Positions 50,470 to 61,905 of a stretch of DNA of 64,000 bases are shown here, piece by piece; positions within the stretch are counted from its first letter, which is position 1; each line of letters begins with the position of its first letter. The notes beneath the pieces were generated by a model. That model was not told the origin of the DNA. It searched no databases and was given only the letters and a program-made list of their open reading frames with translations. Source of the stretch: Xylographa opegraphella (Eukaryota); the NCBI GenBank assembly GCA_022813865.1, contig JALDZX010000006.1, forward strand, positions 434,001-498,000, written 5' to 3'. The position numbers and the translations under genes are program-made.

Positions 50470-51938
50470 CTACGAAGCGGTTTCCATCTGATCCAAGACG
50501 GCCTTTGTAAATTCATGAGTTGTGGCATTGCCGCCCATATCTCGAGTTCGTGTTTTGCTATAGATGCGTTAATACATCACTTCATATCACAACCCACACT
50601 GTCATGACTTACCCTGCGCTTATGACATCATATACGGCTTTGGAGATGCGATTGGCATGCTCATCGAGACCCAAATGGCGAAGAAGCATGGATCCCGAGA
50701 GGAGCATGGCTGTGGGGTTTGCTTGATCTTTGCCCTTGATATCAAGGCCAACGTGCCGGCATCCCGGCTCAAAAACTGCAACGTCGCGGCCCATATTGCA
50801 GCCTGGTACGATTCCTGGACCTCCGACCAGAGCTGCACCCACGTTCGAAAGAATGCCTCCGTACAGATTAGGCATGACCATGACATCGAATTGTTGTGGT
50901 CGTGAAACACACTGCATTGAGGCGTTGTCGACGATCATATCGTTCACCTCCAATGTAGGGTAGTCTTTAGCGACTTGCTGGAAAGTGTTCCTGAACAGTC
51001 CATCGGCAAGCTTCATGATGTTGGCTTTGTGAATACATGTAACCTTCTTCCTGTGGTTTGCGAGTGCGAAACTGAACGCGAACTTGGCAATACGTTCCGA
51101 CTTGGCGCGTGTGATAATCTTGAGAGACTCTATGACTCCCTTGACAGACTGGTGCTCCAGACCGGAGTATTCTCCTTCGGTGTTTTCACGGATGATGCAT
51201 AGATCGACGTTATCATGGCGGGTCTTGTAACCAGGGATATTCTTAATGAGAACAATTGAAGCGTAGATATCGAGCTCTTGACGTAATGCGACGTTGAAAG
51301 ATTGGTGGCCGGACCGTTCTACTGGAGTATGCAAGATACCTAGCATCGTTTAGCACTGTTCCAAGCTCAACAGATCTTCCATACCCTTGAGCCCTATCTT
51401 GTTCCGCTTCAGCGAAGCTATTGATTCTCGGAATAACTCTTCAGAGTGCTTGTCTCCCGTCTCAACTCCTGACACGTCGACTTGTTCCCATTCAATTGGT
51501 ACATTGTCGGCCTTGAAAACGGTTTTGACAGACTCGGAAACTTCAGCACCAATTCCATCACCTGGGACGGCCGGTCAGATCGAAATAAATGCTTTTGACT
51601 GAGAGTGTCGCGTAGCTCGAGCCATCCTTACCTGGTATCAGTGTGACGGTGTACTTTCCACCATATTTCGTCGGCTTGAATATGTCAGATTGGACAGTGG
51701 CCATTGCTGCATATGTGGTCAGCTATTGCCATATTGAAGCAGGATTAAAAGAGATATACTGCGCATAGCATGAGGCCTGATGCTGCATGACGGTGAGCCT
51801 CCGGCACCGCGCAGGAGGGACTATTAAGACATTCCCAGTTAGCTATTGTCGCAATGTTCTTATATTCCTGCTATGAACAAAGCTCAGTCAGCACACAGAA
51901 CTAACCTGCGCCAATCTAGGAGAGTGTCTCGACAGCAT
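50470..51938 (-). CDS. IDH1: NAD-isocitrate dehydrogenase subunit 1, mitochondrial
   Basis: PTKYGGKYTVTLIPGDGIGAE, SFNVALRQELDIYAS, IHKANIMKLADGLF, MPNLYGGILSN and final KTRTRDMGGNATTHEFTKAVLDQMETAS*. Confidence 0.96.
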
Positions 51939-52733
51939 CGTATGTTGAGGTGAGGAAGCGAATTGAGAGATACCAGGTTGAACTCCCATGTCGAAAAGCA
52001 ACTCCCCTTGTCAACTGGCGCCGGCCCGCTAGGCTCTTTTCATACATGAAGTGCTGTGACGCCAGTTGCGGCATTGCGCAAACAACGCAGCAACCTCAAC
52101 ACCATGACCATTTCGAGTTGGTCACTGGTGTCTTGTAAAATACCTGGATATCTCATCATCGCTAAAAGGGGCCTGTTTGTCTACTTGCGCGTGCTTGCTT
52201 TGCAAGGTTGAAAGTTTTCAGGATACAGATGAACATTAATTCAGAATGGATACAAGTTCGTCTATGCCCCATAGCTCTATTGAACTGCACTCTTTCCTTG
52301 GTAAATCAAGCTCAATGCTGTTTTCTCTGCGAAAAAGAGTCTAGTGATATTCTAGTCGATAAACCCTCCCAGATCTTGTTGAAGCGATACGTCCATTCCT
52401 GAATTTAACTCATCCCATCATTGATCTTATAAGTACAATGTCCAAACCGCTGGAGCTCTTTGCAGTCACGTACCCATGAGCCAAGTGTTGCTGGAATCGG
52501 GTTACGTGATCTACTTTTGCTGGGCAGTTCGAGGCATATTTTGATGCTCCGCTTCTGGACTTGACTCCAGATTTGGCAAATCTCTTGGCCGCATAGCTCT
52601 GCCAGAGTACTTTGCCGAATGTTACCACTCAGAAACCAAGGCCCTGAAGAACATCGGAAGTGTCAAGGACCTTGTATCAAGACTGTCTTTACAAAACCAG
52701 GGATGAGAGACATATTGCTTAGTCAGCATAAGG

Positions 52734-53266
52734 CTTATTGATGCCCATTTCCGGACTTATTGATACCTCGAAACGTCGATGCACCGCCAATGACATCTTG
52801 TTGTCTTGGTCCTTGGCACTCCTAAACAAGAAGTCATAAAGCTTCACTGCTCCACTGGTATCAGCAATTGCCCGCTACTGTGTAGTGGCTTGCACCAAAA
52901 ATAAAGGCAGATGCTACATCGTCGGCGTTCTCTTTGAGATAGCAGCCTGCCTTGTCAACGGCGCTATACGACGGCCCAATGACTATACCAGTGTGGCATA
53001 ACCTGTGTCTGCGGGGTTTGTTGCGAACCAGAACACATGTCTCCAGCACAACCCTTATCGGCCAGCATGGCGTTCCACATACGAATATCCCATTGTGATA
53101 CTCTAAAGCGGGGTCGAGCTCTTCTGTCTATCTTGTCTTCTCCCATATCGTGGGGAATCTCTTATTGACAGCTGCTAGAAACTGACCTCGCTTATTGGGC
53201 ACCATTGCTCCTTAAACTTATCACTTCCACGTCATTGCACCCTTTTGACAGCCACCCCTTTATTGA
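52734..53266 (+). promoter_or_regulatory. Cluster of (C/T)TTATTG(A) motifs upstream of the pheromone-like precursor
   Basis: CTTATTGAT at 52734 and 52756, CTTATTGAC at 53161, CTTATTGG at 53191 and TTTATTGAC at 53259, all on one strand. TATAA at 53296. Confidence 0.6.
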
Positions 53267-53497
53267 CCACGTTCATTCACGACTTTCGTCTTATCTATAA
53301 GACCTTTGATCTCCAATAGGTTATCGATATCCTTACACAACCTCTACTCTTCCATCTTCCTTCGAAGGTTTTCAAGATCACACTCACTTCAACTTCTTCT
53401 ACTATCTGTCTCAGCACTCATCGGCAGTAAATCACGAAGACCACCTTCAAACACTCTTCTTCAAACGCTCCTCAAATTCATACAAACAACATCCAAC

Positions 53498-54095
53498 ATG
53501 AAGCTTACTTCAATCATTTACGCAACGCTCGTGGCTGTTGCCAGCGTTGATGCTCTAGCGGCTCCAGCACCAGTCCCTGACGCAGAAGCAGTCCATCATT
53601 TCTGCTATCGTATCGGCGAGCCATGTTCCAAGCTAAAGCGTGCAGCCGAAGCTATCGCTGAGGCGAATGCCGATCCAGTGCCTGACCCGGCTGCTGAAGC
53701 CAGACACCCCTTCTGTTACCGCATTGGTGAGCCATGCTCAAAGGCCAAGCGTACCGCTCTTTCTTTGGCTGAGGCAGTCGCCGAGGCTCACGCAGCAGCA
53801 TTGCCCGCTCCTGATGCTGGTATGTCCATCTAACCCAACGGCTCCTCTAGCTAGCCACAAGATTGCTAACTTTGATACAGAGCTCGTCCAGCGCTCTTGT
53901 GACGCTCCAGGTCAGCCCTGCGCCAAGGTCAAGCGCGCCGCCGAGGCCATCGCCGCAGCGCTCGCTGAGCCTGCCGCCAAACCAGAGCCTGAAGCCGAAG
54001 CCGCTCACCACTTCTGCTACCGTATCGGCGAACCTTGCAGCAAACACAAGCGCGCTCTCGAGGACCTCGCCGAAAAAGTCAACAAACTGATCTAA
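53498..54095 (+). CDS. ppg1: Alpha-factor-like pheromone precursor / Kex2-processed repeat protein, 178 aa (exons 53498-53819, 53881-54095)
   Basis: Signal peptide MKLTSIIYATLVAVASVDA. Three FCYRIGEPCSKxKR units plus one SCDAPGQPCAKVKR unit. X-A/X-P dipeptide runs precede the repeats. Intron GTATGT...GCTAAC...CAG. Confidence 0.85.
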
Positions 54096-55471
54096 GTACT
54101 CCACTATGCTAGGCGGCAACCTAGCCTCAGTATCTTGTGAGGCGGTCGCCAGTTGTCCGGATAGTCTATTTCAGCAATCTCTCACTTTCCCCTGCGTATC
54201 CCGAAGCGCATTCTCGCATATCTTCAATTCTGCTCCGACGCAAATCAAAACACACTTTCCACGCGATTACAGCTACGAGTCCACCCTTTGGTTACGTCCC
54301 GGCTTTCCGACCCCCATCTTCTTACCTGTACGGTACACCGACACTTCGGATTCTGGAAGGCCTACGTGGACGAGTACTGCAGCAAAACACTCGCATGTGG
54401 GGAGAGCGCCTTGTTTGATTCTTGCTTTATTTTTACTTTGTTTTCTCTTTCGAGGAGCTGTACCCTCCTTTGCGTATTTGGCTCCAACTTATGGTCAGGG
54501 AGGACCTTTGGCACAGACGACAGGCTACTGCCGATGTCCTCCAAATTTTGTTTTTTCACCTCCAATACGGAGCAGTTCTCTAGTTCTCTTCATTCATAGC
54601 TCGCTGGCTCTTCAGCCGCATTGGTTACTTACATATTTTTTCCTTGCCACCGAACATCCTTCTCACTGTGTCTGTAAGGTGATTTGATCCATGAAAGGAT
54701 TTTGGAGTGGATGCTTTGGTGCTATGTGCCTATGTAGATTGTGAGGATGAACTGACGTACTTTTGAATTCGTGAGCTTCCCGAAGCCCTATGACGCTCGG
54801 AAAGTGACTAGGCCACTATAGGAGATCATTGAGTGGGGAGCTAGTTTAAACAAAGCTAGAATCACTGTCATGTCACCCTGGTGTGCTCCACGCAAGAGTC
54901 TTGACTCCTATGTAATGGCATGGGTAACGAAATTTATGATCAGGTCATCAGGTTACAAAGGTGTATATAATTCTAGTTAATGACTATCTAGATGAGAGTG
55001 AACAAGTAGTACTCTAGTGTAACCCACAGTTTCCAAAAAATAGACAAGGCAGAGCTCTCGGCGAATGCAAATACAGTCTTTGCGTAAATTTGAGACGAGG
55101 AAAAGGAATAATTTGAAGGGGATGGCAGGGACACGGTAGAGAAGGAGAGGTCTAAACGCAAATGGTGTACAGTTTAGAGATTAGTGAGGCAGACGGAGAA
55201 AAAGTGTATAATTAGCCTCGATCTGAAAATACCGAGACTGCTTATTTTCGTGGGAAGTGGGAATACTCTGACGATGGATGATTAGTCGGTTGGCTTCATT
55301 ACTGACCTGGAGAGATTTGATAATCTAGTGAATCTCGCCCTGCTCCTCCGCTTCCACGTGGGTGTTAATTATTAGCATAGTGAAAAAACCGGCCCACAAA
55401 AAATGGCAGTGGAAGGGATATGGGAAGTGTCTGTACAGTGCCTCTAACTAACTCAACCCTGTGACCGGCAC

Positions 55472-56495
55472 CTACAACATCTCTTCGTCCTCTTGTCCAT
55501 ATGATCCTCCTACTTCATGGCTTGTTGATCTGAATTGGTTCATCTGGTCGAACATGCCGTACTGATGCTCCATTGGTTGTTCTGAATAGACTTCCCACCA
55601 CCCTTTGCTATTGAATGCAGGATCAGCAGCTTGATTGTAACGATTTTCACAACCAGGTCCAGATAAAAGCAACTTGTCGCCCATGTTGCTCCCCATAGCT
55701 GCCTGATGATTATAATCTCTCTCAGCAAGAATTTCGTAGCCTGATCGAATATATGGTTCCATGGCAAGGTGATCCCCTTCCTCAAGCGTATACTTATCCT
55801 CCTGTCTCACAGAGCCTTGGTCCTTATCTTCCGGAGGGGGCTTAGTATTACTATGTGCAGCATTCCTTTCATACCGTAATCTCGCCATTTCTTCTTCCTG
55901 CTCAAGTGTAGTATGCTGCCAAGACCCCAACTGCTCGGCTAGTTCTTCTTTCCCGTAATTTGTATACTCAGGCGGAGATATACGCCAGAGTTCCACCAAG
56001 CGGGATTGCTGATCTGGCGCAGCCAGCTCGAAAAGCAAAATCTGGGACGGTAAAAGGCTCGCAGGATCTATGCCATGGTGAGAGAGAAGCTCTTTGGCCT
56101 TATCTTGTGCCGAGGAAACATAAGTTGGTAGAGGAGATTGCGGTTGATCCTGATGGTTATTACCGGAGCTTATATGGGCGGAGTGGTGATAGTGCTGAGA
56201 TATGCTGTACGTAATCGGCACCTCCCTGGTTGGTTCTTCTTGCATGGTCTGTTGGGTGTTCGAAAAGTTCATCTTATTAGCGAACAGCTTCGATAGATCT
56301 TCCTGAACCTGAAAGCTGCTTTCTTGTGCTGTAAGCCCACACTAACACACCCGTCAGTTTCTTGAATGATATTTACTTTTGAAGACGTACAGAATTGCAC
56401 GTCAATGTACTGGAGAAGCCTATCAAGACAGTCTGAGAAACGCTAACGGCCCCGCAGTTCAAGCACTGATACGAAATTTCTTGATGAGTCGACAT
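55472..56495 (-). CDS. Conserved fungal hypothetical protein
   Basis: Main ORF 55472-56272 (ITYSISQHYHHSAH, L.PSQI.LF..A..DQQ.RLVELWRISPP, EPYI.SGYE.LA.RDY). Two short upstream exons (MSTHQEIS-LLQYIDVQFS-QESSFQ) are inferred from splice signals, so the 5' end is less certain. Confidence 0.8.
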
Positions 56496-57216
56496 CCTTG
56501 ACGAAATGGTAAAAGCTGCAAATAAACTTCTGTGGTTAGATGATGCTAACTGTAATGCACAAGTAAAGGACCTCGGACAATAATGGGCTGCTATGAAGCG
56601 TTTTAATTTTGCTATGCCTGCCTAAGCTATATAAGTGAGCCTAATGCTCGGTCTTCGTTTGATGTAGCCTTTAAAGCTATAGCCTTGATGGGAAGGCCTT
56701 GCTGATAGGCTTTCTATCGGGGAGCAGTAAGATTGAAGTCTTATGATGGGAATGACTCGAAAACACAGTCGAAAGCGGTGTTCAAGTAAGTCGAGCGAGA
56801 GCGAAATTGGGATGCAGCAGCTGATGGATGGCTCGAGGTGTAAGCTATGACGTGGCTTCTTGAGAGGTTAGCAGCATGTGCGGGACAAGTGTCGATATAC
56901 CATAGGTAGCATGAGTCTGGATAACTATGGACGAACTGCTTACAGGCCAAAGGAAATGCCACACAAGACTCTTTGTTATGCCGTAAAGCAAGAATGGTAA
57001 TGGATCAATGATGTTTGGAGATGACGCTACTTATGTACTCTCGGGGCATGAACAAGGGTCTGCTTTAAGCTATACTAGGTGGAATGGAGCGTAGCGGCTG
57101 GACCTTGACGCGAAAGAGCCGTCGTGCCTGGAGGTCGGAGCTCCATACCAACGCCAATAGCTACTGACGCTCGTTCTCGACCTTCTCCCAATATCTGCCG
57201 CTCTCTACTTCGAATC

Positions 57217-58346
57217 ATGGTCAGCCATACCCTTGAGATACTACGCTTATGCTGATGGTCATGGTTGTGCTGACTGCTGCACTGTAGACATCAATCGGCA
57301 CAGGTTATGACCTTTCGAACTCCGTCTTCTCCCCAGATGGCCGCAATTTCCAAGTGAGACTCATACAGATAGATCGCCTATCTACCTGTCCTAATACTTG
57401 TTGGCTCATAGGTAGAATATGCAGTCAAAGCCGTGGAGAATGGTGGCACAGCAATAGGAATACGGTGTAAGGATGGCGTCGTGCTGGCTGTCGAAAAGAT
57501 AATAAGCAGCAAGCTACTCAAGCCTGGAGCAAATAAGCGGATATCAACAGTCGACAGAAACATCGGTGTGGTATGTACTCTTTAGAATCGACCTCGATCG
57601 AATGCCGAAGGATACTTATGCGGCGGTCCTCAGGTTTCATCAGGTCTGGTCCCAGACGGACGACATTTCGTTTCTCGCGCACGGGATGAGGCTTCCTCGT
57701 GGCGATCAACATACAAAGGTCCCATCCCTACTGCAGCTCTGGCTAGTCGACTCGGTGGTTACGTTCAGGCATACACCCTTTATTCCAGTGTACGACCCTT
57801 CGGTATTACTGCCATTGTTGGAGGATGGGATTCGGAATCAGAACTACCGGTAGATGGGCAAGTGGGAAGCGGACCTAAGGTTGGGTCAGGAGGAAAAGTA
57901 GAGGGAGCCAAGGCTGGTGGCCCAGGTCTTTACATGATCGAGCCTAGTGGACTATACTGGGTTTGTTTCCTTACACCTGTGCGGACGTCGAAACTGTTGA
58001 GCTGATTCTCTATCAGGGGTACTACGGTGCAGCGACCGGCAAGGGGCGGCAGACTGCAAAGTCTGAACTGGAGAAGCTCGACCTCGCAGCTGGCACTCTT
58101 TCATTACATGACGGGGTAAAGGAAGCCGCCCGCATCATCTATGTCGCACATGAAGATACCAAGGACAAAGAATTCGAGCTTGAAATAAGCTGGATCAGCT
58201 CGCTAGACGGACCTACAAAAGGCAGACACGAACATGTGCCAAAGGATATCTTAGAAGAGGCCGAGAAGGCTGCCCAGAAGTCACTAGAGGGTGAGGATGA
58301 TGAAGAGGAGAAGCCAGCAGACGAAGATGAGAAGATGGAAGAGTAG
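57217..58346 (+). CDS. PRE10: 20S proteasome subunit alpha-7
   Basis: [67 protein letters not shown] and an acidic tail. The first coding exon is ATG only. Confidence 0.96.
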
Positions 58347-58596
58347 CATGGAATTGGAGTCTATTCACTACAATGATACCATTTCTCGAGCATGGCCGAC
58401 GAGTTTAAATTTATAACGGATATGATTTGGGGCTCTAGAAACGCCTACTATACTACTTTATGCGTATGGGACATCCCTCTCTTCCCTCAAGCCTGCAGCA
58501 ATCCTATGGCTCAAACCCCACTACAACTCCACCACCACAACCCATCCACCCCACGATCCTCCCACGCCCCAGAACCTCCCCGCCTCCTCCCACCCC

Positions 58597-59154
58597 TCAC
58601 CCCACGCTCCCCTCCCTCCACCCCCTCCTCTTCACCCCCAGCTCCACCGCCGCCGCCCCCCAATCCTCCCCATGATTATGCCCCCCGCCCAACACCCCCG
58701 CCCTCACCAGCGCCTGATCCTCCGTCAACACGGTCAACAGCCCAAACACGACCGGCACGCCCGTATCCAGCTGGACGCGCATCAAGCCGTGCGAGACCGC
58801 ATCAGCGATGTACTCGAAATGCATCGTCTCGCCCTTGATCAGCACGCCGATGGCGACGACGGCGTCGAAGCGTGCGTGCTGCACGCCCTGCACCGCGAGC
58901 GGGAGCTCGTAGCTGCCTGGCACCGTCTCCGTGACGATGTTGTGCGCCTGCACGCCCTGCGCGAGGAGCGTCGAGCGGCAGCCCGCGACGAGCGCGCTGA
59001 TGATGGCGGTGTTCCACCGGGCGTGCACGATGGCGATGCGGAGGAGGGTGCCTGCCGGGGTTGTTAGTGGGTGGTGAGGACGTGGGTGTTGGGGGGGGGA
59101 GGGGTACGTACCGTCGAAGCGGAGGGGGGCGCCGGGGCCTTTGAGGGTCGTCAT
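58597..59154 (-). CDS. RIB4: 6,7-dimethyl-8-ribityllumazine synthase
   Basis: [34 protein letters not shown] and [16 protein letters not shown] 60-nt in-frame intron lies at 59052-59111. Confidence 0.95.
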   Translation of the reverse strand: MTTLKGPGAPLRFDGTYPSPPQHPRPHHPLTTPAGTLLRIAIVHARWNTAIISALVAGCRSTLLAQGVQAHNIVTETVPGSYELPLAVQGVQHARFDAVVAIGVLIKGETMHFEYIADAVSHGLMRVQLDTGVPVVFGLLTVLTEDQALVRAGVLGGGHNHGEDWGAAAVELGVKRRGWREGSVG

Positions 59155-59836
59155 TTGGAGGCGGAAAGGAGAGGGGAGTGGGGTGGAAGGTGGTTCGGGT
59201 TGGGGACTTGGGGTGTCAAGGGGTTCGGATATTGTTTTTGGATTCGGTGGGTTTGATTACCTAGACTACCGAGGAGTTGGGGAGCTCTAGGGTAGGGTTT
59301 GTGGAGATTTTTGTATGGCTACCCGGTGGTCACGATGCTACTCCAGTCTCGGCGGATGACGGGAGTGCGGAGCATATCAAAATGATTATTTAGACAATTA
59401 GGGTTCATCCCGACTGGTCGCAAAACAGATGTATGTTGCTACTTGTTCGCATTGTTTGACATGAGACCTACAGAAAATCTAATGCTCTCTCTTCTCGACA
59501 AGAATAAGCGGCCATCCTAGGGAAGTCCTTAAGCCTCCCGTCTTTGTACGCGTCCTCCCGAGTCACCCGAACGCCCTCTTAGGTACTGTCCTTTTTCCTT
59601 TACCCTTCATATCAGCTCAATTACCGGTGTGTCAAATGATCCTCGGGAATGCCCAAATCGCTAGACTGGGGTGTAACAAAGACCTGTCCCGGCGGCTGCT
59701 GATAAGATCCGCCGTCGAAGTGGGCAGCATAGTTCTCAGGATCGTATGCCGTATATGCATCAAACCCCATTTGAGAACTTGCAGAAAGCCCGGCCCGGTG
59801 TGTCTCTGGATATGAGGATGCAAGAGCATAGTTTGG

Positions 59837-61227
59837 TTACATTTCCAGTTCGATTTCTTCCCCTCCGTCCTCCGAAGAAGACCATTGCTCCCCGCCATGG
59901 ATCGGCCGGCCTCTAGGGTTCCTAATATTTGGAAATGAATCGGATGTTCTGTGAGTCGACGAAGTACGGAGATTGGACGGTTCTCCAATGTGCTGTGGCG
60001 GGTAATCCTGCTTTCGTGATAATTCAGACTGGATTATCTGCTTACGAAACACATTGTGTCCTGACGATCGTGGATCCAAATCCGAATTTGGCAAAACAAC
60101 TCCGGTTGGGAAGTCCATACCAGTTTGTTCTTCATCTCCACGAGTTTGAGCGGTCCTCAGCGGTTCTTCCCCTCGATCCCTGGCAATCTCACGCTCGGCA
60201 TGCATAGGAGTCGGTCCGAGAGGCTCCGTAGCCCAGCTCCGTATAGGATACGCACGGCCTTTCCGCCAGGCTTCGCTAACTGGGGGGAAATACTGTCTAT
60301 ATGAACAAAATGCTGTTAGTATTCCGAGCAAACTGCCAGATATAACATCGAATGGGTGGTGCCTGGCATCCATAATGCGGGAGACGGCGATAAGAGCTGC
60401 ACCTAGAGTGGGTATAAGCACGACAAAAGTCTTCCAGACTTCCCCTCGGTTGTCTAACACGTGCAGCTTAGCGGCCAAATATAATGAGAGGTAGAAAAGT
60501 CCGCCGAAGGCCGCTATTGAATTGTCAGTCAAACATCACTTCACACACAATCCCATAGCTGTTCTTACTACTGCTATGACCAGAAGGGAAGCTTCGGAAT
60601 CCATCTGTGAGAATCGAATTATCTGTCTGTGTGCATATCGTGCTGTTGGACAATCCAAATACTGGTAGATCCGCACTTCCTGATCGGGGCAAACAGCGTG
60701 CAATGAGGTCTGGCCTCGGCTTGCCAGTTGCATTCTTTAGTGCCCCTGTTATCACAAAGGCCGTCCCAGAGGCTAATACCAATCCTAATATACCACAATT
60801 GAACTCCCATAGACGGTCCTTGAATCTGAACCTCCTACCCAAGCTGCTTTGACGCCCTCCTGGAGTTTCGTTTTTTCTGTCGTGGGAAAATCTGCCATCG
60901 ATAAGGAGTGTATAGACGGCGATGATCAAGCCGGGGCACACGACAGCTACCAAAAACAAGACCGCAACGGGCACCCGTTCGTGTACAGCGTAAGGATATT
61001 GTAGAGTGTAGTTGAGCAATGAGAAGTGTTGATTGAAAGGCTCAACGGCGTCGAGCGCCCAAAAAGCGACGAAACCCAGGAGTATTATCACATAGTCAAC
61101 AAAATAACTAGAAGCATGAGTGAGTTAAAGGCCAGATATTGGTGGTCTAAACTCACGACAAGATTATTCTTTTAGGAAGAGTCTTTTTAGAAAATGGAAG
61201 TTTCTTCGGTATATTATAACTGTTCAT
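59837..61227 (-). CDS. PAP2-family lipid phosphate phosphatase (DPP1/LPP1-like)
   Basis: KNATGKPRPDLIARC, FRSFPSGHSS and SRIMDARHHPFDV catalytic motifs, plus TM helices. Exon 1 is MNSYNIPKKLPFSKK... Confidence 0.92.
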
Positions 61228-61302
61228 TGCTTACGAAGTACATGCCCAGCAGTCTAGGCATTCGAGTGAAAAATCAGCTATTATCAGAACATCGTCACTG
61301 AC

Positions 61303-61680
61303 TTGCAGAAATCCCGAGAAGTTACAATGCTTGACGGGAAAGAGAAATGTCAGCATGCGCGTGCGGCGTTGGCCGTTTCGTCAGTCCTTGGTCGCGCTTT
61401 ATTCAAGTCCTGCTGACAGGCAAGCAGAAGCTTTCTGCAACCCTAACCTGATAGGTGAGCTCGGCTTTTCATGCACTGTCCGAGGATGTGGGCGAGTAAC
61501 TGCCTGCTCGATCTACAATACTTCGAGCACGCGAGCCTGCCAAGCCCTTGGCCTGAGGCAGAAATCTTCCGCAGGCTTGAGGCTGAACGTATGGCCGAGC
61601 GCCGCACGAACAGCTCCGCAGCATCATATAAATAACCCTCCTATTCAAGCTTATGCTCGATGTGACACAAATATTTGCGA
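61303..61680 (+). ncRNA. Candidate structured non-coding element (rod-like fold-back)
   Basis: Nested complementary segments centred on ~61490 with several G-U pairs on the + strand. See findings. Confidence 0.35.
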
Positions 61681-61905
61681 TGCTGGCAAGAATCATGCGA
61701 GATATATGTGAGAATTAGCAGGATATTATCAGTTGCCTCGGGTGAGAATAGTTCCGGAAAATGGATTTTGTTCGCTATATACAATTGAGTCGTCATACAA
61801 ACCTCCAAAAATAGTAACCAGCAAGCTATATACAATAATATCATATTGATTTCTCACAAGTATCTCTGGCCATAGCCTTAGCATTGGTCAATTTTCGCCC
61901 CTGTT

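Noticed and set aside
53306..53497. N-terminal extension of the pheromone precursor ORF
   Set aside because: Starts at TTG in CT/CA-rich leader. The caacATG at 53498 starts a proper signal peptide.
53498..54095. Dikaritin/RiPP cluster around the repeat precursor
   Set aside because: No DUF3328/UstYa oxidase, tyrosinase or other tailoring genes nearby. The neighbours are housekeeping genes.
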